A DNA stretch of 64,000 bases from Pseudomonadales bacterium (GTDB taxonomy: Bacteria > Pseudomonadota > Gammaproteobacteria > Pseudomonadales > IMCC2047): positions 1,030,334 to 1,094,333 of the forward strand of contig JACKNY010000001.1 of NCBI GenBank assembly GCA_024234615.1, given 5' to 3'. Positions 35,797 through 44,133 of the stretch are shown piece after piece; position 1 is the stretch's first letter, and every line of letters begins with the position of its first letter. Position numbers and translations under genes: made by a program. Under the pieces are notes generated by a model. It saw only the letters and a list, made by a program, of their open reading frames with translations. It did no database searches and was not told the origin of the DNA.

Positions 35797-37245
35797 ATGA
35801 CTGATGTAAAACTTTATTCTGGAGAGAGCATCCCACTGGAGATGCACAAAGCTAAAATCATCCAGAAATTAAATCTTCCCCCTATTGATCATCGACTGGA
35901 AGCGATTTCGCAAGCGGGCAACAATACTTTCCTGCTGAAAAACCGAGATGTCTTTTTGGATATGCTGACAGACAGTGGCGTCAATGCAATGAGCGACCAA
36001 CAGTTGTCGGCCATGATGATTGCTGATGACAGCTATGCAGGGTCTGAAACATTCTACCGCATGGAGAGTAAAATTCAGGATCTCTTCAACAAGAAGTTTT
36101 TCTTACCCGCCCACCAAGGGCGTGCCTGTGAAAATATTCTGTGTCAGGTTTTTGTTAGCCCCGGCTCCATTGTGCCGATGAACTATCACTTCACAACGAC
36201 CAAGGCGCATATCGTGCTTAATGGTGGTAGAGTCGAGGAAATCTTTATCGACGAAGCGCTAGAGGTAACCAGCAGCCATCCCTTTAAAGGCAATATGGAT
36301 ATCACTAAACTCGAACAGCTGATTGAGCAGCATGGCGCTGATAAAATTCCTTTTGTTCGCCTAGAGGCGGGCACGAACTTGATTGGTGGACAACCACATT
36401 CACTGGAAAATATGCGTGAGATTCGCCGAGTTTGTGACCAGGCGGGTTTATTGTTGGTACTGGATGCGAGTCTGTTGGCGGATAATCTCTACTTTATTAA
36501 AGCTCGCGAGGAGAGCTGTAAGCAGAAGAGCATTCGTGAGATTACTCGCGAAATATCTGATCTCTGCGACATCATGTATTTCTCGGCACGTAAACTTGGT
36601 TGCGCGCGCGGTGGCGGTATCTGTACCAATAATGAAGAAGTGTATTTAAAAATGCGCGAGCTTATTCCATTACTGGAAGGCTTTCTCACCTACGGTGGTA
36701 TGTCTGTGCGCGAAATGGAAGCTATTACTGTCGGTTTGGAAGAGACCATGGACGACGATATGGTAAATCAAGGGCCGCAGTTTATCGACTTTATGATCTC
36801 AGAGTTGCAAAAGAGAGAAGTACCTGTAGTAACTCCTGCCGGTGGTTTAGGCTGTCACATCGATGCGGCGGCCTTCCTGCCTCATCTAGAGCGCACCGAG
36901 TATCCTTCCGGGGCACTGGCTTCGGCACTTTATTTGGTCAGTGGCATCCGCGGTATGGAACGTGGGACTATGTCCGAGCAGCGTGAAGAAAATGGTGAAG
37001 AAACTTTAGCACACCTTGAGCTATTACGACTGGCAATGCCACGTCGCGTATTCACCATGTCGCATATTAAATACGCCGTTGATCGAATTGCCTGGCTCTA
37101 TGAGAACCGCAATCTTATCGGTGGTTTGACCTTTGTTGAAGAACCGAAAATTTTGCGATTCTTCTTCGGAAAACTAGCCACCACTTCCAATTGGCAAAGC
37201 CAATTGGTCACCAAGTTCAAACAAGATTTTGGTGATAGTCCCTAA
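35797..37245 (+). CDS. Beta-eliminating lyase family enzyme (tryptophanase / tyrosine phenol-lyase type)
   Basis: 482 aa with N-terminal ...NNTFLLKNRDVFLDMLTDSGVNAMSDQQ, YAGSETFY, and a FSARK segment providing a candidate PLP Lys. Substrate specificity cannot be judged by eye. Confidence 0.78.
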   Translation: MTDVKLYSGESIPLEMHKAKIIQKLNLPPIDHRLEAISQAGNNTFLLKNRDVFLDMLTDSGVNAMSDQQLSAMMIADDSYAGSETFYRMESKIQDLFNKKFFLPAHQGRACENILCQVFVSPGSIVPMNYHFTTTKAHIVLNGGRVEEIFIDEALEVTSSHPFKGNMDITKLEQLIEQHGADKIPFVRLEAGTNLIGGQPHSLENMREIRRVCDQAGLLLVLDASLLADNLYFIKAREESCKQKSIREITREISDLCDIMYFSARKLGCARGGGICTNNEEVYLKMRELIPLLEGFLTYGGMSVREMEAITVGLEETMDDDMVNQGPQFIDFMISELQKREVPVVTPAGGLGCHIDAAAFLPHLERTEYPSGALASALYLVSGIRGMERGTMSEQREENGEETLAHLELLRLAMPRRVFTMSHIKYAVDRIAWLYENRNLIGGLTFVEEPKILRFFFGKLATTSNWQSQLVTKFKQDFGDSP

Positions 37246-37294
37246 TAAAAGCCCCTGGTAATAGTGCTGGGTTATTACCACTGCGGTTAAATTG

Positions 37295-37331
37295 AAATCA
37301 GGCCCTGTTTATCGCAAGGCCTGATTTTTTT
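37295..37331 (+). terminator. Intrinsic terminator downstream of the lyase gene
   Basis: AAATCAGGCC-13 nt-GGCCTGATTT is a 10-bp perfect stem followed by a T-run (TTTTTTT). Confidence 0.75.
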
Positions 37332-37548
37332 ATCTAATAGGGGTTTAATTAAGTGATATTTTGCTATCAGCCCGCACAGTAATGGTCTGCTATGAGGCGA
37401 CTTTCACCCTCACCATAAAAAGGTGCAGACCTTCTTTTTCCCTATCTTCCTGCACAGCTTGCGATTTTGGCCAATAGGAAATAAAGATCAACAGATCAGA
37501 CAAAGAATGGTAGAATGATACGCAGTTTCGTTCCAAAGAGTCTGTTGT

Positions 37549-37785
37549 ATGTCCAATTCCTACTATGAAATCGTAGAGCTAGCCGATGGTGAAATAGCGT
37601 TACAGCGCGTTGATGGTGATGGCGAGCCCTTGGTGAGAGTGAGCTTTTCCGATGAGGTGAAGTTTTACCTGCAGGAGCAGTGTGTGGATGTTGCCAAGGC
37701 AATGATCAACACGGGCATAAAGATCGTCGGGCAGATTCAGGAAGAGGATATGCCGGAAGAGGATTCCGGCAGGACTTTACATTAG
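37549..37785 (+). CDS. Small acidic hypothetical protein
   Basis: 78 aa ORF (MSNSYYEIVELADGEIALQRVDGDGEPLVRVSFSDEV...) with plausible composition. It is the only sensible ORF in this gap. I recognise no family. Confidence 0.45.
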   Translation: MSNSYYEIVELADGEIALQRVDGDGEPLVRVSFSDEVKFYLQEQCVDVAKAMINTGIKIVGQIQEEDMPEEDSGRTLH

Positions 37786-37878
37786 GTCGGTTTCAGCAAT
37801 CCATTCGATGAGTCATCGTTGAACTACGCTCATGCGAATTTTTGAGTGGGCTCGTGGATTGACATCCAAATAATAATC

Positions 37879-38493
37879 TCAGCTTACCCGCTGCCGTATA
37901 ACACCCACCACCAAGCCCTCAATGGCAAACTCTCCGCTTTGTGCATCGACCTTGATAGGCTGGAAATCCTTGTTTTCTGCAATCAGTAAAATTTGCTTCG
38001 GTTCCTTTTTATAGCGTTTTACCGTGACTTCATCATTAATTCGCGCAACCACGATCTGCCCATTGGCGATATCCTGCTGTTGTTTTACTGCAACCAAATC
38101 ACCGTCAAAGATACCCGCATCGATCATACTGTCGCCCTGCACCTTTAATAGATAGTTGGCCGTTGGGGAGAAACAGTTGGCGTTAATATTGGCATAGTGC
38201 TCAATATGTTGTTCCGCCAGAATCGGTGAGCCAGCGGCTACACGCCCAATTACAGGTAATCCTTGTGGTATGGTTTCTTCATCGACAACTAGGCGAAGTC
38301 CCCGTGATGCGCCATTGATCATTTCGATGACCCCTTTACGCGCCAAAGCTTTTAGATGATCTTCTGCGGCGTTGGCGGAGCGGAATCCTAAATCTCGCGC
38401 AATTTCCGCGCGAGTGGGGGGGTAGCCTGTATGGTCGATATGCTTTTTGATGCAAGCAAGCACTTCATTTTGACGAACGGTTAGCTTAACCAT
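37879..38493 (-). CDS. lexA: SOS repressor LexA
   Basis: 204 aa with MVKLTVRQNEVLACIKKHIDHTGYPPTRAEIARDLGFRS, the AG cleavage site in VAAGSP, and the catalytic S...K blocks (GDSM, VTVKR). Confidence 0.96.
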   Translation of the reverse strand: MVKLTVRQNEVLACIKKHIDHTGYPPTRAEIARDLGFRSANAAEDHLKALARKGVIEMINGASRGLRLVVDEETIPQGLPVIGRVAAGSPILAEQHIEHYANINANCFSPTANYLLKVQGDSMIDAGIFDGDLVAVKQQQDIANGQIVVARINDEVTVKRYKKEPKQILLIAENKDFQPIKVDAQSGEFAIEGLVVGVIRQRVS

Positions 38494-38502
38494 ACTGAGC
38501 CT

Positions 38503-38535
38503 CTGTTTATTTAAACAGGCTGTGATTATATACAG
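38503..38535. promoter_or_regulatory. Two tandem LexA (SOS) boxes in the lexA promoter
   Basis: CTGTttatttaaACAG (38503-38518) and CTGTgattatatACAG (38520-38535) both fit CTGT-N8-ACAG. They lie 10-40 nt upstream of the lexA start. Confidence 0.85.
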
Positions 38536-38675
38536 GAAGAGTTGGTGAAGGCAATAAATCAGTCGTCTTGCCGGAATATACTAATGCGAGGCGTTGCGGA
38601 TAGCGCTACACTCAATAACAGAAGTACCAATAACGTGACGCAAATTTGTGTGTTGTGAGCGGCAATGGAGTTAAG

Positions 38676-39332
38676 ATGGACGAGAATAAAGTACGTGAAG
38701 CATGGCGTGTCTTGCGCATCCAGTCGGAGTTAGTAGTTGGCACTGAAAGCCTAATCAAATTTAGTCGTGCAGTGACTATTTTCGGCAGCGCTCGGCTGGG
38801 CGCTGATTCAGATTATTACCACCAAGCGGAAAAGTTGGCCTACGGCATTGCCAAAGAGGGTATTCCGGTGATAACGGGTGGTGGCCCCGGTATTATGGAG
38901 GCGGCGAACATTGGCGCCATGACCGCGGATGGGCCAGATGAAGGTGAGTCGATAGGCTTGAATATCATGCTGCCAGCTGAGCAAAGTGCCAACAAATATC
39001 AGGATTTGTCGCTTAATTTTCGTTACTTTTTTGTACGTAAATATATGTTTGTTAAGCATGCGATTGCCTTTGTTATATTTCCCGGCGGTTATGGCACCCT
39101 TGATGAGCTGTTTGAAGCACTGACGCTGGTGCAGACGGAAAAGATTGTCAAGATACCTATTATTCTGGTCGGCTACGATTATTGGCAAGGTTTGTTGGGT
39201 TGGATCGAATCGACAATGATGGCGGAAAACTGTATTGATCAGCATGATCGGGATTTGATTACGGTGGTTGATGATGTGGATGACGTGCTGAAAATTATAC
39301 TTTCCCATCGAGCCTTGACGATCAATAACTAA
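38676..39332 (+). CDS. LOG-family (TIGR00730) nucleotide N-glycosidase-like protein
   Basis: It has VTIFGSAR, ITGGGPGIMEAAN and the PGGYGTLDELFE motif. The preferred ATG at 38676 follows a GGAG. Confidence 0.82.
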   Translation: MDENKVREAWRVLRIQSELVVGTESLIKFSRAVTIFGSARLGADSDYYHQAEKLAYGIAKEGIPVITGGGPGIMEAANIGAMTADGPDEGESIGLNIMLPAEQSANKYQDLSLNFRYFFVRKYMFVKHAIAFVIFPGGYGTLDELFEALTLVQTEKIVKIPIILVGYDYWQGLLGWIESTMMAENCIDQHDRDLITVVDDVDDVLKIILSHRALTINN

Positions 39333-39352
39333 AGGAACTGTCTCAATTAATA

Positions 39353-39844
39353 ATGGCTTCTCGAGAACTGATAAAAGTATGCCTTAAAGAGCAAAAGTTA
39401 CGCTATTACCGAGATGGTGTTTGCCAGCATGCTTATCTGATTTCGTCTGCTGCAAAGGGTGCTGGAGAACATCGAGGTAGTGAGCAGACTCCTTGCGGCG
39501 AGCATTATATCCGAGCCAAAGTTGGGGCTGGTCGGCCTGTTAACGCTGTGTTTGTCGGTCGTCGTTTTAGTGGTGAGATCTATAGTGAGCATTTGAAACA
39601 GCGGTTTCCCGGACGAGATTGGATATTAACTCGAATTCTCTGGCTCTGTGGACGCGAGGTTGGCAGGAATCGATTAGGCAGTGTCGATAGTATGCGCCGC
39701 TACATTTATATCCACGGCACCCCCGATTCTGAGCCTATGGGCGTACCGAAATCCCATGGTTGTATTCGTATGCGTAATCGTAATGTCATTGAGTTGTTTG
39801 AACTCGTATCAATTGGCTGTCCGGTTGAAATTAGTGAGAGCTAG
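39353..39844 (+). CDS. L,D-transpeptidase (YkuD) domain protein
   Basis: 163 aa with the catalytic block IHGTPDSEPMGVPKSHGCIRMRN. Confidence 0.8.
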   Translation: MASRELIKVCLKEQKLRYYRDGVCQHAYLISSAAKGAGEHRGSEQTPCGEHYIRAKVGAGRPVNAVFVGRRFSGEIYSEHLKQRFPGRDWILTRILWLCGREVGRNRLGSVDSMRRYIYIHGTPDSEPMGVPKSHGCIRMRNRNVIELFELVSIGCPVEISES

Positions 39845-40030
39845 CGAGCTTCTAACAATTTATGGTTTGCACAGAGACTCCCAAGGTGAATTTATCTGAA
39901 CCGACGGAATTCATACATCTTTAACTTTTCAATTATGCCTATTTTTTTCTATGAGCTTGGCTCTCCATGCTGCTGTCTTTAGAATAGCCGATGGATAAAA
40001 ATGAACGATTGTAATGAGGACTGAAAATAC

Positions 40031-41038
40031 ATGGCTATTGGGCCCTTGATGTTGGATCTGTCCAGCGTTAGTCTCACTTCGCAAGAGCGTGAACTGTTGG
40101 TTGATCCCCAGCTCGGAGGGATCATTCTTTTTACGCGTAATTACAGTACTAAACATCAACTCGATGATTTGATTAGTGAAATTAGGAGCCTGCGCCAGGA
40201 GCTTATTATTGCGGTTGACCATGAGGGGGGTAGAGTACAGCGCTTCCGTGAGGGCTTCACTCAATTGCCTGCAATGCGCCGGTTAGGCGAGCTATACCTT
40301 AAGGATCAGTTAGAGGCGATACAAACAGCTAAACAAGTAGCGTGGTTATTAGCGGCTGAATTGTTGGTGCATGATATCGATCTTAGTTTTGCCCCGGTGT
40401 TGGATTTAGATCATTGTATAAGCCAGGTGATAGGTGATCGTGCTTTTTCCAACGATACCGGCATTATCGTTGCGCTGGCGCAGGCGTTTATCGATGGATT
40501 TCACGAGGCGGGGATGGCAGCGACGGGAAAACATTTTCCTGGTCATGGTGGTGTTGTGGCGGATTCGCACTTGGATATTCCGATTGATGATAGAAGCTTG
40601 GCCGAATTGGAGCGTACTGATCTGGAGCCTTTTGCCCGGCTAGCGCAGACATTGGATGCGATAATGCCAGCACATGTTATTTACCCCTCAGTTGATGATA
40701 AGCCGGCAGGGTTTTCGCGAATTTGGTTGCAACAGGTATTACGGCAACAACTAAAGTTTGAGGGTGTAATATTTAGTGATGATCTGAGTATGCAGGGAGC
40801 AACGGTCGCCGGAGGGTTTGTCCAGCGCGCGGAGGCGGCTTTGGAAGCTGGCTGTGATATGGTGTTGGTCTGTAATGATAGAAAAGGAGCCTTGGAAGTG
40901 TTGGCCTCCCTCAATCGCTGCGGAATAACCCCATCGAAGCGTTTGGAGCAGTTAAAGCACAAGGCGCAGATGGGGAAAAACCTATCAGCGAATACGCATT
41001 GGCGAGAGGCGCGTAGCGCGTTATTGGCTTTAGGTTAA
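40031..41038 (+). CDS. nagZ: Beta-N-acetylhexosaminidase NagZ (peptidoglycan recycling)
   Basis: 335 aa with GPLMLDLSS..LT..E...L..P..GG.ILF.RN, DHEGGRVQRF, KHFPGHG and the FSDDLSM motif. Confidence 0.92.
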   Translation: MAIGPLMLDLSSVSLTSQERELLVDPQLGGIILFTRNYSTKHQLDDLISEIRSLRQELIIAVDHEGGRVQRFREGFTQLPAMRRLGELYLKDQLEAIQTAKQVAWLLAAELLVHDIDLSFAPVLDLDHCISQVIGDRAFSNDTGIIVALAQAFIDGFHEAGMAATGKHFPGHGGVVADSHLDIPIDDRSLAELERTDLEPFARLAQTLDAIMPAHVIYPSVDDKPAGFSRIWLQQVLRQQLKFEGVIFSDDLSMQGATVAGGFVQRAEAALEAGCDMVLVCNDRKGALEVLASLNRCGITPSKRLEQLKHKAQMGKNLSANTHWREARSALLALG

Positions 41039-41102
41039 AATGCCATCATGCCTTTGACGGTGAATAGTGAACGATTTTAAAGATAGATTTTGGGAATACT
41101 GA

Positions 41103-42224
41103 ATGGATATAAAAGAATTCTTGTCTGAATTTGGTTTAACGCAAGAGTGGCTGCTATTAGTGCAAGTGTTTGCTTTGGTGTTTATCACGTTGCTAACGAA
41201 CTTTATTGCGCTGAAGTTATTATCCCGAATTGTCCACCACATTCGAAAAACCAACAGTTTTTGGGATGATGTTTTTGTGCTTGCGGCACGCCGACCGCTG
41301 AGCCTGGTTATTTGGTTATTTGGTTTGAGTTGGGCGGCAGAGTTGGTGGCGTCTCAATCCGAGGCGGCCATTTTTACGGCCATCGACCCCTTTCGTAAGA
41401 TGTCGGTGATTATCATTCTTACCTGGTTCGTGGTTGATTTTGTCAAACGCGCCGAAATTGCGCTGTCATCGGATGATCGTCCCGAAGGCGCGATGGATGC
41501 CACGACTGTTATGGCGATTGGGAAGTTGATTCGGCTATCCGTCATTATTACTGCTGCTCTGGTGATGCTGCAAACGCTGGGGTATAGCATTTCAGGGGTG
41601 TTGGCCTTTGGTGGTATCGGCGGGATTGCGATAGGTTTTGCTGCGAAGGATCTGCTAGCCAATTTTTTTGGCGGCTTAATGATCTATATGGACAGACCTT
41701 TTGCGGTGGGTGAATGGGTGCGCTCTCCAGACCGGCAAATTGAAGGTACAGTCGAGGATATCGGCTGGCGACTGACGCGTATTCGCACTTTTGATAAAAG
41801 ACCCTTGTATATACCGAACGCTACTTTTGCCAGCATTACTGTAGAAAATCCTTCGCGTATGACCAATCGCCGTATCTATGAAACCATTGGATTGCGTTAT
41901 CAAGATGCTGACCAAGTAGAAAATATTGTGTCGGCAGTTAAGAAGATGCTAAGCCAGCATCCGGAAATTGATACTGACCAAACGCTCATTGTAAACTTTA
42001 ACGCCTATGGAGCTTCCTCGTTAGATTTCTTTATTTATACCTTTACGAAGACTACGAACTGGATCAAGTTTCATGAAATTAAACAGGATGTACTGTTGAA
42101 GATACTGGCTATTATCAGTGATCATAACGCAGATGTGGCTTATCCTACCTCAACGGTGCATTTGCCGGATGCCATTAGGCTGGATGCTCAGTCGTTGAAT
42201 CAATCAGGCGCGCAACAAAATTGA
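41103..42224 (+). CDS. MscS-family mechanosensitive channel
   Basis: 373 aa with N-terminal TM helices and the MscS core ...GIGGIAIGFAAKDLLANFFGGLMIYMDRPFAVGEWV.... Confidence 0.87.
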   Translation: MDIKEFLSEFGLTQEWLLLVQVFALVFITLLTNFIALKLLSRIVHHIRKTNSFWDDVFVLAARRPLSLVIWLFGLSWAAELVASQSEAAIFTAIDPFRKMSVIIILTWFVVDFVKRAEIALSSDDRPEGAMDATTVMAIGKLIRLSVIITAALVMLQTLGYSISGVLAFGGIGGIAIGFAAKDLLANFFGGLMIYMDRPFAVGEWVRSPDRQIEGTVEDIGWRLTRIRTFDKRPLYIPNATFASITVENPSRMTNRRIYETIGLRYQDADQVENIVSAVKKMLSQHPEIDTDQTLIVNFNAYGASSLDFFIYTFTKTTNWIKFHEIKQDVLLKILAIISDHNADVAYPTSTVHLPDAIRLDAQSLNQSGAQQN

Positions 42225-42240
42225 ATAAGGAGCAAAGCGA

Positions 42241-42990
42241 ATGATCCGTACACCTGAAATTGCTGTTATTGGTGGTACGGGGTTAGCTGACCTGGAGGGA
42301 ATTGAGATTCTCGAAAGCAAATGGCCAACTACCCGTTTTGGTGAAACCTCGTCACCTCTCATTTTTGGTAAGTTCAGAGGGCGTGAACTGGTATTTTTAC
42401 CGCGTCACGGTAAGGATCATCATCTGCCGCCGCATACGATTAACTACCGTGCGAATCTCTATGCCTTAAAGCAGGCCGGGGTCAGATCGATAGTGGCGAT
42501 GAACGCGGTAGGCGGTATTACATCAAAAATGGCGCCGCAGCAGCTGTGCGTGCCAGATCAAATTATCGATTATACCTACGGGCGCGAGCACACTTATTTT
42601 GATGGTTCTCAGGATCGGGTCAGTCATATTGACTTAACGATGCCCTACCATCCCAATGTGCGAAATAAATTGATCGAGGCTGCCGCTAATTTAAATATGC
42701 GTATCAATTCCGGTGGGGTTTACGGAGCGACTCAAGGGCCTCGTTTAGAAACCGCCGCTGAAATTAATAAGTTGGAACGAGATGGTTGTGACATTGTCGG
42801 TATGACCGGTATGCCAGAGGCCAGTTTAGCGCGTGAGTTGGGTTTGGAGTACGCGAGCTTGAGTTTAGTGGTTAACTGGGCTGCAGGCAGGAGCGATGAG
42901 GTGTTAACCCTCAATTCTCTCAAGGTACATCTTGATGCCGGAATGGTTAACGTCCGAGAGTTGTTGTTAGCGGTAATTCCGATACTTTAG
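42241..42990 (+). CDS. MTAP-family purine nucleoside phosphorylase (S-methyl-5'-thioinosine/adenosine phosphorylase)
   Basis: 249 aa with IAVIGGTG, FLPRHG..H..PPH.INYRAN and GPRLETAAE. It sits next to nagZ and mfd, as I recall for the Pseudomonas MTI phosphorylase locus. Confidence 0.8.
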   Translation: MIRTPEIAVIGGTGLADLEGIEILESKWPTTRFGETSSPLIFGKFRGRELVFLPRHGKDHHLPPHTINYRANLYALKQAGVRSIVAMNAVGGITSKMAPQQLCVPDQIIDYTYGREHTYFDGSQDRVSHIDLTMPYHPNVRNKLIEAAANLNMRINSGGVYGATQGPRLETAAEINKLERDGCDIVGMTGMPEASLARELGLEYASLSLVVNWAAGRSDEVLTLNSLKVHLDAGMVNVRELLLAVIPIL

Positions 42991-44095
42991 GCAGCGGCTT
43001 TCTGAGCGGTAATGCGTCCAGGTCAAAATCAGGCATTTCCAATACCGGGTCGGGGAGCTGGTAGGGCGAGACAATAAATAGCACGCCAAACAGCGGATGA
43101 TCGAGATAATGAATTTCGTTTTCCTTTATACGCCGCATGGACTTATAGTTAGCAGTTAACTCTCGTTCGAAGCCCGTGTCGACCGGTCTGAACAAATCAA
43201 ATGACTGTTCGCGCTCAGCACTAAAATGCTCAGCGTTGATTGCATCTGTTGCCGCTTGGTTTTCGGAAAATATTCCCCAATTCATGCGGTCATGCATTAA
43301 CCCTTGCTTGAAGGTTGAGTAAAATAAATTACTGTCAAAATGCAGATATCGGTTTTTCGACAGTGTCACGACGCCTTCGAGTTCAAAAGATAGACCATAC
43401 TGCTTGCCGACTTGCACCAATACCGGCTGAGCCAGTTCACTTTTGACAGGTTGTCGCCAGGCGAAATGGGCAAGTAAGCGCATATCTAAAGCGCGATCAA
43501 TACGTTGCTTGATACCGTTCAGCTGGAACTTGCTTTCCGGTAAAAACATGAATGACGTCTTTCTTAAATCGGTTGGTTCTGCCAGCTTTTGGGGCAATGA
43601 GGCGATGGTAATTTCTGTCAACATCGGCGACAGGGTTTGCTCCGCTTGGGTAGATTCAATGTCAGCACTGGGCATGGGGTCAAACTGTGAAAAGTTGTGC
43701 GCAGTTGGTGGTTCGGCAGATGGCGTATCGTTGCTGGTCTCTGGTTCTTCGTCGAGTGATGGTTCGATATCAAAAACCATGGCATCCTCTGCGACAAAGG
43801 ATCCGGTTGGCTCGGGCTTGTTTTGTAAAACGGTTGGGAGCTGGGGCTGTTTTAACACCTGTAAATTTTCTGGGTAGGTGATGTCAATTTTATCAGGCCA
43901 TTGCTCTGAGGTTGTCGAAAGGCCTGCTTCTTGGGCAAAGATGACAACCTCAACCTGAAACCAGGTTTCTGTATTTTCGGGTTTGAAGGTTGCTGCGTGA
44001 CTTGTGTGACAGACCATTACCAGCACAGAGGTAATAAGAGTGGTAATCAGTGTGACGGCTCTGTTTGTTCTCATCGTTAGTAAAGGCTTTTCCAT
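42947..44095 (-). CDS. Secreted hypothetical protein, possibly CsiV/DUF2803-like
   Basis: 382 aa with a signal peptide. It begins WFQVEVVIFAQ... and ends HYLDHPLFGVLFIVSPY, which I recall from CsiV-like proteins encoded next to mfd. This assignment is from memory only. Confidence 0.45.
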   Translation of the reverse strand: MEKPLLTMRTNRAVTLITTLITSVLVMVCHTSHAATFKPENTETWFQVEVVIFAQEAGLSTTSEQWPDKIDITYPENLQVLKQPQLPTVLQNKPEPTGSFVAEDAMVFDIEPSLDEEPETSNDTPSAEPPTAHNFSQFDPMPSADIESTQAEQTLSPMLTEITIASLPQKLAEPTDLRKTSFMFLPESKFQLNGIKQRIDRALDMRLLAHFAWRQPVKSELAQPVLVQVGKQYGLSFELEGVVTLSKNRYLHFDSNLFYSTFKQGLMHDRMNWGIFSENQAATDAINAEHFSAEREQSFDLFRPVDTGFERELTANYKSMRRIKENEIHYLDHPLFGVLFIVSPYQLPDPVLEMPDFDLDALPLRKPLPKVSELPLTTTLGR

Positions 44096-44133
44096 GAGTG
44101 ACCGGGGTGCCGGTTGCCGAAAGCGCTATTATG

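Noticed and set aside
39929-40264. A 111-aa minus-strand ORF overlapping the nagZ start.
   Set aside because: It is antisense to the well-supported nagZ N terminus (GPLMLDL...GGIILF.RN) and has no motif or ribosome-binding site.
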